A stretch of DNA of 56,978 nt, the filler included, from Sphacelaria rigidula (taxonomy: Eukaryota): the NCBI GenBank assembly GCA_964200075.2. It is 7 parts of 7 records of this genome, joined end to end, with 100 filler letters (N's around TTAATTAATTAA, not from the genome) between each part and the next. Parts side by side here need not be neighbours in the genome. Positions count along the whole stretch, not along the records: positions 24,464 to 32,517 come from CAXNAA020012481.1; positions 32,618 to 40,671 come from CAXNAA020012482.1; 5 more parts are not named here. The stretch is one strand, 5' to 3'. A program made the translations under genes and the position numbers. The notes beneath the pieces are model-generated. The model worked only from the letters and a program-made list of their open reading frames with translations, was not told the DNA's origin and ran no database searches. This document shows positions 25,048-34,852 of this stretch, piece by piece; within the stretch, counting starts at the first letter, position 1, and each line of letters begins with the position of its first letter.

Positions 25048-25607
25048 AGTATCCGTACATGATCTCCTTGGGCACACCTATGTTATCCGAATCAGGTCTA
25101 CACGAAACGTCAAACAAGAACCCGTGTATCCTTCTAACCCTACAAGATACCTCCCTCCTGATCGATGACATCCGGATCACGAGGACCGTTTCATGACTAG
25201 TTGAATTGTATCACCCGAATCAGGTGCACAGGTGAGTTCACACTTGAGCCGTATGACCCGCATCCTATAGAACATGATCGGTCCGACGTGTGGTACATTT
25301 TCACATGTAAGTATATGTCATGTTACTCCGTGATATCGTAAAAACAATCCGCAACAGGTGGGCGAACTACAGGTGAGGTAATCGTCGAAATTTCCACCTC
25401 CAAACTCTGCGTCAGTGAGTGTTCTGCAAGTTGATATCGCTACAAGGACAGTACCATGAACACATCACCGGCTGCCAGACTGTCGGGACGTAGGATCCGC
25501 TAGCATTGCTCCTGTCTGTACGGGGATGTTGCCCCTTGTCGGGTACGCTTTCGAGCATGATATTAAATGGAGATCATCCTTGTACATGGGCACCAACCGC
25601 TGGGGGT

Positions 25608-25655
25608 ATCACTCAAAACTTCGATTTGGAGATCACTCAAAACTTCGATTTGGAG
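25608..25655. repeat. Perfect 24-bp tandem duplication
   Basis: atcactcaaaacttcgatttggag twice. Confidence 0.9.
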
Positions 25656-26445
25656 ATGATACTAGGTGGGGAGCAGCAACCGCTGTGTGTCCAGGTGCCC
25701 CTTGGAGCAGTATGCGTTTGATTTCTGTTTGAGAAAGTTATCCCCGGAAGAACGAAATCAATGGGGGTCCTAGAGTGGGAAAATCTAGCAAAAGAAATGT
25801 CGCCAAAAAAACGGTCAGTCTAATTTTTACCCGCGGCAGAAATCAACTTCACTTGGTGGAATTGGAATGTACTCGCCACTCACGCCGAAAGGCGACTGTA
25901 AATGCCTGTCCCCCCCATCCACGATACCACGGCTACACTCTTCGCTGATCCGTCTGACACATTTGAGTCATGTGTGCACTCTGTCCAGTGTGGGGGGTTG
26001 GCAAGTGCACGCGCCACACGTTTGCTTACAGAAATGTGACACCCTCGACAAGCCGGTTGTCCCATTGGCAACGAAGGAGTCGTTCCCAGCGACACTGGAG
26101 GCCAGGGTGCTGCTACAGTACTCACAGCAAAGCAGTACCAGATGAATGAACGTTCTACACTACGCTCGACGCGTGCCAATCAATACGGCAGGCATTACAG
26201 TGTTCATACCCGCTACAACAAAAAAAAACACTTGTGCGAACTGCTTCTTCCACGAAGCGCCTAGTTCAAACCAGCATCAGAACTCCAGCGCAGGCATCAT
26301 CATGATCACCCAAGAACAGCTCTACCCTTTCGCAGCGACACGCACGAAAACCGGGGCTGCGGCGGCGCATTTGGATATACTGCCAAACTCTTCAGGCAAA
26401 ACTGGCGCTAAGCTACAGATCGGCGTGCAGCGAGCATGTCATAAA

Positions 26446-29028
26446 TCACTCCAACTCGCGTTCATGTTGATTACACTTACGCAAGGCGGAAAACGGAGCC
26501 GAAAATGCCACCTCCATCTTCATGCCTGCCTCTCTACCATGGAATACCACTGAAGAAGCATCTACAGCAGAGTCTTCTGCCCGAAGGTGTTTATGAACCC
26601 CCGACGGCGTCCTGCAAATCCGCTTCTTCATTCTTTCATCACAATTATCGCTGGAGCTACTGCCAATTCTGCTACTCCCACCATCAGAGAAGGTGGCGAC
26701 GCCAACCCTCCTTCGTAAGCTCTGCCTGGGACAATGAAAGGCTGAAGACCATTCTAATTTCACCTTCGTGTGCGGTCTTGTCCACAGAGATCCTTCTACG
26801 GTATCCTGGGCGGGCTGCGGTGGCGCGGTATGAACAAGTTCGGAACTTTTGAGTAAAACGGGGCCGAACCCGACGTCACCCGCATCACCCTTGGGACTGG
26901 TGGAATATTTGGGTTGTCCGTCTTGGGTGGAATTTTTATCGAGAATGTCTCCATGTTGCCCTCGCCCGGTTGCTTGAGATACGGCATGTTGCCATACGTT
27001 AATCTGTTCGACACCATCAACGCGGTACACACACCGATTCGAACAACTTTCGCGGCCGCACTTCTTCCTCACTATATTGACCATCCCCACTCTCGCGTGA
27101 TCGGCACAAAACTCCGCCTTCTGATTATCCGCTACACCGTACGATGGGTCCTTGGAGCAGCCCTCGTCGCTGCACTTCTTGCTCGCTACATTGATCATCC
27201 CTGCCCTGGCGTGACCGGCACAAAACTCCGCCCTCCGGCTTCCAGCTAAACCGTACGATGGTTGTTTGGAGCAGCTATCGTTGCCGCGCTTCTTGCTCAC
27301 AACATTGACCATCCCTGCCCTGGCGTGACCGGCGCAGAACTCCGCCCTCCGGCTTCCCGCTCCACCGTACGATGGTTTCTTGGAGCAGCCCTCCCTGCCG
27401 CACTTCTTGCTCGCTACATTAACCATCCCTGCCCTGGCGTGACCGGCACAGAACTGCGCCCTGCGGCTTCCAGCTACACCGTACGATGGTTGTTTGGAGC
27501 AGCTATTGTTGCTGCACTTCTTGCTCGCAACATGAACCATCCCCGCTCTTGCGTGACCGGCACAGAAATCCGGCTTCCGACTTCCCGCAACACCGTAAGA
27601 TGATCTCTTGGAGCAGCCCTCGTTGCCGCACGTCTTGCTCACTACGTTGACCATATCCACCCTGGCGTGATCGGCACAGAACTGCGCCCTCCGACTTCCC
27701 GCTACACCGTACGATGGTTGTTTCGAGCAGCCCTCATTGCCGCACTTCCTGTTTTTCACATTGACCATCCCAGCTCTGGCGTGACCGGCACAGAACTCCA
27801 CCCTCCGGCTTCCCGCTACACCGTACGATGGTTCCTTGGAGCAGCCCTCGTTGCCGCACGTCTTGCTCACTATTTTGACCATCTCCACCCTGGCGTGATC
27901 GACACAGAACTGGGCCCTCCGGCTTCCCGCTACACCGTACGATGGGGTCTTGGAGCAGCCCTCGTTGCCGCACTTTTTGCTCGCTACATCAGCCATCCCT
28001 GCCCTGGCGTGACCGGCACAGAACTGCGCCCTCCGACTTCCCACTACACCGTACGATGGTTTCTTGGAGCAGCCCTCGTTGCCGCATCTCTTGCTCGCCA
28101 CGTCAACCATCCCTACCCTGGCGTGATCGGCACAGAATTTCGCCTTCCGACTACCCGCTACACCGTAATATGATCTCTTGGAGCAGCCCTCGTTGCCGCA
28201 TCTCTTGCTTACTACATTGACCATCCCTGCCCTGGCGTGATCGGCACAGAACTCCGCACTCCGACTTCCCACTACACCATACGATGGGTGCTTAGAGCAG
28301 CCTTCGTTGCCGCACTTCTTGCTCGCAACATCAATCATCCCTACCCTGGCGTGATCGGCACAAAATTCCGCTTTCCGACTACCTGCTACACCGTACGATG
28401 GTTGTTTGGAGCAGCCCTCATTGCCGCACTTCCTGCTTTTCACATTGACCATCCCTGCTCTGGCGTGACCGGCACAGAACACCGCCTTCCGACTTCCCGC
28501 TACACCGTACGATGCATGTTTGGCGCAGCTCGTGTTACCACAGCTCTTGCTCGCTACATCGACCATTCCTGCCCGGGCGTGACTGGCACAGAACTCTGCC
28601 TTCCGACTTCCTGCTACACCGTATGATGATTGTTTGGAGCAGCCCTCGATCCCGCACGTCTTGCTCTTTACATTGATCATCCCTGCCTTGGCATGACCAA
28701 CACAGAACTCCGCCTTCCGGCTTCCCACTACACCGTACGATGGATACTTGGCGCAGCTCTTGTTACCGCATCTCTTGCTCGCTACATCTCTCATCCCTGC
28801 CCTGGCATGACTGGCACAGAACTCCGCCCTCCGGCTTCCCGCTAAACCGTACGATGGTTTCTTGGAGCAGCCCTTGTTACCGCATTTCTTGTTCGTTACA
28901 TTGACCATCCCTGCCCTGGCGTGGCCGGCACAGAACTCCGCCTTCCGGCTTCCCGCTACACCGTACGATGGGTTTTTGGAGCAGCCCTCGTTACCGCACT
29001 TCTTGTTCACTACATCGACCATCGCCAC
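26446..29028 (-). CDS. EsV-1-7 cysteine-rich repeat protein with 17 full 38-aa repeats (first ATG at 29022)
   Basis: Uninterrupted 860-aa ORF. Consensus KKCGNEGCSKxPSYGVAGSRKAEFCAGHARAGMVNVAS (C-x4-C-x16-C-x2-H), 114-bp period over 27067-29004. Matches the EsV-1-7 repeat known from Ectocarpus virus 1 and the Ectocarpus IMM protein family. Confidence 0.9.
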   Translation of the reverse strand: MAMVDVVNKKCGNEGCSKNPSYGVAGSRKAEFCAGHARAGMVNVTNKKCGNKGCSKKPSYGLAGSRRAEFCASHARAGMRDVASKRCGNKSCAKYPSYGVVGSRKAEFCVGHAKAGMINVKSKTCGIEGCSKQSSYGVAGSRKAEFCASHARAGMVDVASKSCGNTSCAKHASYGVAGSRKAVFCAGHARAGMVNVKSRKCGNEGCSKQPSYGVAGSRKAEFCADHARVGMIDVASKKCGNEGCSKHPSYGVVGSRSAEFCADHARAGMVNVVSKRCGNEGCSKRSYYGVAGSRKAKFCADHARVGMVDVASKRCGNEGCSKKPSYGVVGSRRAQFCAGHARAGMADVASKKCGNEGCSKTPSYGVAGSRRAQFCVDHARVEMVKIVSKTCGNEGCSKEPSYGVAGSRRVEFCAGHARAGMVNVKNRKCGNEGCSKQPSYGVAGSRRAQFCADHARVDMVNVVSKTCGNEGCSKRSSYGVAGSRKPDFCAGHARAGMVHVASKKCSNNSCSKQPSYGVAGSRRAQFCAGHARAGMVNVASKKCGREGCSKKPSYGGAGSRRAEFCAGHARAGMVNVVSKKRGNDSCSKQPSYGLAGSRRAEFCAGHARAGMINVASKKCSDEGCSKDPSYGVADNQKAEFCADHARVGMVNIVRKKCGRESCSNRCVYRVDGVEQINVWQHAVSQATGRGQHGDILDKNSTQDGQPKYSTSPKGDAGDVGFGPVLLKSSELVHTAPPQPAQDTVEGSLWTRPHTKVKLEWSSAFHCPRQSLRRRVGVATFSDGGSSRIGSSSSDNCDERMKKRICRTPSGVHKHLRAEDSAVDASSVVFHGREAGMKMEVAFSAPFSALRKCNQHERELE

Positions 29029-29231
29029 CCTGGTGTGATCGGCACAGGACTACGCCAACCGGCTTCCCGCTACACCGTACGATGGGTTTTGGACCAGCCC
29101 TCGTCGCCGCACTTCTTGTTGGTCACATTCACTATCTCCACCCTGGTGTGATCGGCACAGAATTCCACTTTCCGACTCCTCGCTGAACCGCACGATGGTT
29201 GCTTGGACCAGCCCTCGTTGCCGCACCCCTT
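29005..29231 (-). pseudogene. Two decayed EsV-1-7 repeat units upstream of the intact array
   Basis: Second Cys is Trp in both units. 1-bp deletion near 29087-29090 (that unit is 113 bp) and TAG at 29052-29050. Confidence 0.85.
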
Positions 29232-30329
29232 CGTCACTTCACTGACCATCCCAACCCTGTTCACCGGCACCTCAACGAGGTTGACGACCGTCGCGCTATC
29301 TCGCGAGACTTTCAAGCAGCCCTCCGGGCGCGCTGCCAAGCTAGCATCGCCATGTCGGCAAAACGAGAGGCTCTAGCGCACTCAATATCGGCTGCTTCTG
29401 GCAGTTCCACTGGAAAACGGCCGAACAAGGGGGGCAGGCTGTCCCTCCTGACGCTGCCTGAGAAACATTAACGGGTTCAAAAGTCGAGTCACAGATTCTC
29501 AATGTGGCATACAGTACTTCGAGACAAATGCTTAGTACGGGCCTTCACTATGTGATAGAACGGGGTAGGCAGATCGACAGATTTTGGTTTTTGTGACCTC
29601 AGCATTTTGTTCATGATGTTATACATGTCGTGGCATTTGATGTTTTATTCCATCACATAGACCACTCTTATTCTTGCTTTCGTTCGAGTGACTGAGACTG
29701 ACTGCAATCCTGTTTGATTGGTTGCTCCCACGCGGATGACGTAGTGTTACATGTCCTTGTTAACAGTGACAACACCGTGGGCGTGCGATCAGTGCTTCTG
29801 CTGCCATACTGCAAAAGCGTTTCTCCACAGACAGCACCCTCCCAACCTCCCCTCCTTATGCTCCCAACTTGCCCTCGGACTGTACAACATGGTGAGTAGG
29901 AGCCACACCCTACACGGGTCGCTGAGGTTTTTGATACATGTCAATACTTTGCATCGTGGACCGCACCCATTCGGGTCTTGACGTGTGCTTTAGTTGGGAG
30001 TTCCGAGGCCGTAACGGACGTTGGGTTCATGTTGGCATGTGTTGGACACGAGGTTGCCGTCTGAGCAACATATTTCAACATGTACTTCCCCCGCTGGCTG
30101 TGAATACCGGTACATATCGAGTCGGCAGAATAACATACGTCGAGCACAAACAATGCAACGGATGTTACTGCATAGATTGACCTGTGCCCAGGGCGCTTCC
30201 CATTTAAAATCATTGGGTGTTTGTGACCTTAGTCTTGGATTGCGGCGATGAAGCCGGAGTGATCTAGGCTGGGCCCTTGCTAGTAGTGGCTCTGGAATGA
30301 AGGTCTGCCGCACGCACTCGGGGTATGGT

Positions 30330-30745
30330 GATATAACACAGGATCTTGCGAATTGGGGATGAGAAATCCGGAGAAATACAATCTTCATTTCCGCACCTAA
30401 TATTCGAAATATGGTTCTATTTCTTCACCTACTAGTAGCTATTGACAACTGCTGCACGCCATAGAAGTTTGGATTTCGATCACCGAAATGTTGGAGTCCG
30501 TTCGGACACCCGAAATTCCCCAAAATTGGGTTCTCACCTAGGACTCCAACATTTCGGTGATTGAAATCCAAATTTCTATGGCGTGTAGCACTTGTCAATA
30601 GCTATCAGTAGGTGAAGAAATGGAACCATATTTGAACATTTGGTGGGGGGAAGAAAAATAACTCCGGGCTTCTTATCCCCAATGAAAGATTTATCCCCCC
30701 AATGAAAGATTTATCCCCAATTTGTAAGACCCCGTGTTGTATGTC
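30330..30745 (+). ncRNA. Long foldback hairpin: candidate miRNA/hpRNA precursor or foldback element
   Basis: Arms 30406-30499 and 30541-30633 pair with 7 mismatches around a 41-nt loop. Weaker pairing extends outwards. The hairpin is certain; the RNA function is inferred. Confidence 0.4.
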
Positions 30746-30947
30746 GTTGCACGGATGCGAAAAGTTGTATTGAAGCATATATCGTATTCGTGTTATCGCC
30801 GTCACCCTACATTCGCAAGGGCCTGCCGCAAGCCGGCCCTGAAACGCGAGCTGGCCCCGAAACGCAAGCCGTTCCCTGGCAAATTCCCGCCTGGTCGTCC
30901 CGGACTAGTCTCAGCCACTTTTCTTCAATTTTCAGATTTTTTTTATC

Positions 30948-31255
30948 GTCGCACTTTGAACCCCTCCCCTTCCTCGGGACGAGTCCGTGGTCTCAAGGGA
31001 TCAACCTATCTCTCCCCGGTACACGCCTTGCATTTTGGTCTTGCGGATTGATTGAGTCATGATTATCAGCACTCCCGCACCGCGTCAACTCACGTCAAAC
31101 GAACTCAGTCAAACGCATTTTGTTTACTCACGTTCGTATGCTTTCCACGGCGGAAATAAGATACAACAAGAAAACCCACCGCATCGGGAACCGAACCCTC
31201 GTTTTCTCCACACTAACGGCGACCGTCGGACCATTACACCACCGGGGCGCGGCGA
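30948..31255 (-). mobile_element. tRNA-derived SINE family B, near full length
   Basis: Minus-strand A box TGGTGTAATGG and B box GGTTCGGTTCC. The head matches 24210-24363 and the 3' part matches 48480-48630. Confidence 0.75.
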
Positions 31256-31474
31256 CAATACCATGCCTGTCGTCAAGTACACGCTCGGAACTTGTTTTGC
31301 GGTGTGCCACAGGCTGTATGTTTCTAACTGCTGTTTCTTGGGCAGACAGGAGACAACGTCAAGCTTCAAGCAGCTGCACGCTGGGCCTAGGGACCCGATA
31401 TCGGAAAATTACGGTATCACCTTCAACATTCTGGTGGTCATTATTTCTTTCATACATCACAGAAGAATCTTCTA

Positions 31475-32060
31475 CATCTATCTCCGAGTATAGCCATCGT
31501 TTTCTCCCTACTGTCTAATGCATCAAACTATTTCATGCTACCTTCGTTCACTTTCCGCGTTTCCCTCTCTAGTACGTCCAGTTCCTCCTTGTATTTAGTT
31601 CACATGCTGCCACTATATGACCTATCTTCTCTATTCCTTTGCCATAGAGGCAGTTCTGTCCATCTACTTCCTCCTCCACACGACGACTGGTAAATCTCTT
31701 CCTCTTTTCTGGCAGGTCCAGGTCCCCCACCCGAGATCGCAGTTTCATATTTTTCGCAGCGTGCATTGGGCCATGCAAATATGCTTTCATCCCTATCCCC
31801 CTCTCTCAACCACCCGTATATCTCCAGGTATTCTTCCTTGTCTACTTTGCATCTGAGCGCTCCTTCCTGTCTGTAACTTTTGCCTTGTACCCTGCGTCTT
31901 CACCTATGAACAGTATTTCGTCTCGGTTTCCTCCTATCTCCTTCCATATTTTCTCGACCTCTTGATCCCACCTTATTCCAGCATTTTCTATCGTAGTTTT
32001 GGTCCATACAGCCCTATCAAGTATAGCTGGCAATCTCATTTTCTGCATGTTATTCACGCT
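31475..32060 (-). mobile_element. Degenerate non-LTR retrotransposon (LINE) ORF2 C-terminal fragment
   Basis: Frameshifted peptides RLPAILDRAVW..GIRWDQEVEKIWKEIGG, GMKAYLHGPM..KLRSRVGDLDLPE, C.yG..IE..HIVAACE (decayed CCHC) and LDSREKTMAILGDR. These resemble the LINE C-terminal zinc-knuckle region. Confidence 0.7.
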
Positions 32061-32063
32061 ATA

Positions 32064-32517
32064 CAGGCTGGGCCGCCTAAGACGCGGGCAGGGATGTGAA
32101 CACGCGATTTAACAGCTGAGTTTCAGGTTGTTTTCTGTGAAATTTTGACACGATGTACAGGATATATGTGCCAAGACGCCACTTTCCCCCCCATATATTT
32201 TTCATGACTTGTCGACGCTTTTGCAGTAGAAAAAATGTTACGAAATCCAGATCACCAAAAGCATACGAGGAAGGAAAAAAGAAGAGGAGGCAAACGGTAG
32301 GGGCTTCACATATACCCCATGTATACGGCGTCAAAATTTCATGGAAAACAAGTTCAAATTGAGCAGTGAAATCGCGTTTTTCTGCCCAGAACCGGTTCAC
32401 TTGCTCTTCGAGTACAAAAACTTCAGCTGGAACTTTGACGTTTTCTACAAGCGCGACGCCTTGGCGCGCTGGAGGTCTCGTCTGCGTGCCATTTAAGACA
32501 CTGCGCGCCTACCGTAC
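32064..32517. mobile_element. MITE with TA-CAGGCTGGGCC terminus, cut by the contig end
   Basis: Same terminus as at 8467. Internal inverted blocks at 32125-32170 and 32310-32360. Homologous to 1290-1450. Confidence 0.6.
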
Positions 32518-32617
32518 NNNNNNNNNNNNNNNNNNNNNNNNNNNNNNNNNNNNNNNNNNNNTTAATTAATTAANNNNNNNNNNNNNNNNNNNNNNNNNNN
32601 NNNNNNNNNNNNNNNNN
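32518..32617. other. Artificial contig linker
   Basis: N44-TTAATTAATTAA-N44. Confidence 0.99.
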
Positions 32618-33122
32618 TTGCGGGGTTGTGGTGATGGTTTGTTTCTTTTTTCCTTTTGACGGGGGGCCCGGCAGGGGGGGGGGGGGGGGTGGGGGGGGGG
32701 GGGGGGGGGGGAGGAGAGAACGAAGCGACGAAGGAGGATGAGTGTAGTGCTTTTGATTCATGGAAGAAGGAACACCTTCAGGCACCTTCAACTTTGGGCC
32801 TGACGTGCCTTTCTCCACGTGGCTGCTGCACAGTCGTGTTCGTCACATGAGAACCGGAGGAGGAGTGGTACAGTGCAGCTTGGGAGACGGGTTTGCACGA
32901 TTGCCGGTCAGAGGTGGATAGTTGTCCGCAAAGGAAATATTATCAGCGAGTTTGCCACGTGAAAGTATCGGGAGCTCTCCACATGCGTAAGCCCTCCGCC
33001 TTGACATCACCACGCGGCCACGAAACGTGACCTTTATGTTCTTCTCATGCCTCAGGCGAGACTAGCCGAACTCTGTGTCGGGCATTAATGGCGCGTGTGC
33101 TGCGTACTGTTTTGTCTCACAG

Positions 33123-33209
33123 GTTTCCGTGGTGACCGGAGAGCTGACGGAGGCCATGCTATCGGCGTATCAAGTAGTGGTTATGGTGGATGCTCCACTG
33201 TCTGTACAG
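33123..33209 (+). CDS. UBA1: Ubiquitin-activating enzyme E1, internal exon
   Basis: cacag|..|gtgagc, 87 nt. Encodes VSVVTGELTEAMLSAYQVVVMVDAPLSVQ. Confidence 0.85.
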
Positions 33210-33554
33210 GTGAGCTGACACCCGGCAGCGGAGGTAGCGGCGCAGAGTCGTTTTTCCTTGGAATGCGCTGCGATTGGCAGCCGTAGCTGTTGACATGTTG
33301 TTTGGCAATACCTACAAGAGCTCTTGTTGTTCCGAGTTTCTCGCTTTTTTGTCCAAGGGGCTCCACCAACTGCAGGTCGACCAGTATAGCACAACCACCC
33401 CGTCGATTTATGGTCGAGCTTATTGTTGTCGAGGCATGAGGGACTAGGGCGGCGGTACACCCGTTTCGAGGGCGGGTACTCGCCAGGTACTATGGATAAT
33501 GGCAACAGTAAATGCTATGCCATGAAGATATCGCTGCTTTTTCTCAGAGGGGAA

Positions 33555-33590
<36 letters not shown>

Positions 33591-33679
33591 ACTGGCCGGC
33601 AGGTTTTAGGGCCCCCTTGGTTGGTTCGGGGGTGTGGTTTTGCGGNNNNNNNNNNATAATGTGGGTTTGTGAGAATGGT

Positions 33680-33729
<50 letters not shown>

Positions 33730-34723
33730 AGGAGGGGGTACTGGCCTGCAGATTTTAGAGCCCCCTTTGTTGATTCGGAGCTGTCGATTCTCGGACCACG
33801 AGTCGTGATTCCTTGTTTCAGGATTCGTCTTCGGAGTTGTTGGACCGGAAGTCGAGTATTCGAGCGACTGTCGTATAGATGATCCCTTTTCTTGTGTGTC
33901 CACAGATGGGCAAGCATGTCCGGCAGTCATGGAACCACGTGAACATGATGCCAACTGAACACGCGGACTCCCTAGTCTCTCCAGGAGGCTCAAGAGGGTT
34001 CATATTTCGGGCGTCTGTAGTCCCTATGCTCTTCTATCTCGTTTTCCTGCAGGACTGGAGCACGAGGGTAGTGACGTTGAGACCTGTGTTGTTCAGGAAG
34101 ATTCCGTGGATATGAAGATATGTATGTCTGTGTACATGAGGTCTCTTGTAGCGATCAAGGATAATCCGGTCTAAAGCAGCCTAGGGTTTTTTTGTTTTTC
34201 CCATGAAGAGGGGACGGGGTGTTACCTTCCGTGAAAATCGTTGCACCGGTCATTGAGATATTACTTCTCTGGAAGGTGGTGGGAGCAAAAATATTTGTAG
34301 TGTGGTACTGTCGCCCTCCGGACGAGCGATGAATTGGTTGATTCCTTTAGACGACGGACCCGTCCCGAAGGAAAGGAGGAGTAGGAAGTGAGAATACACA
34401 GGAACAAAAAAAAAATGTCGTGTTGAGATTCTCATTTGGCATTTCTCGACCCACTTGATCGCTTGAGGAATGTCCAGCAACGACGAGGACTTTGGCAATG
34501 TTGGTTTGATTGATTTGATTTGATTGTCGCACTTTGACTGATCCCCCCGGGGTCCAGCCGTGTCTCATGATGGACGTACCCAAAAGAAACGAAGCTCAAA
34601 ACACGGGAATATAATGTTGAATGTTGGAGTGGAGCCATGCCACAGCTCCCCTCCCTGAACTTTTGCTTTGCGCTTTGCTGCGTGATGACTGGCGGTTACT
34701 TTTCAACAACCGAACGGCAACAG

Positions 34724-34852
34724 CTGAAGGTGAACGACATCTGCCACGACAAGGGCATCTGCTACGTGTCGTGCGACGCTCGGGGGGTGTTCGCCTACGC
34801 CTTCTGTGACTTCGGCGAGTCTTTTGTCGTTTCGGATGTGGACGGCAACCAG
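34724..34852 (+). CDS. UBA1: Ubiquitin-activating enzyme E1, internal exon
   Basis: aacag|..|gtgggg, 129 nt. Encodes LKVNDICHDKGICYVSCDARGVFAYAFCDFGESFVVSDVDGNQ (FCDFG motif). Confidence 0.92.

Noticed and set aside
26914-29186. Repetitive plus-strand ORFs (GTELRPPASRYTVRW...)
   Set aside because: Antisense shadows of the EsV-1-7 array, broken by stops.
27067-29231. 114-bp repeats with a variable spot read as a CRISPR array
   Set aside because: There are no unique spacers, the period is 38 codons in one open frame, there are no cas genes, and the context is eukaryotic.
33556-33775. Poly-G tracts with a duplicated flank (also 32673-32711, 39684-39863), and poly-Pro/Gly ORFs
   Set aside because: They sit next to N10 gaps or contig ends and look like low-quality reads through homopolymers; not reliable as G-quadruplex or coding signals.
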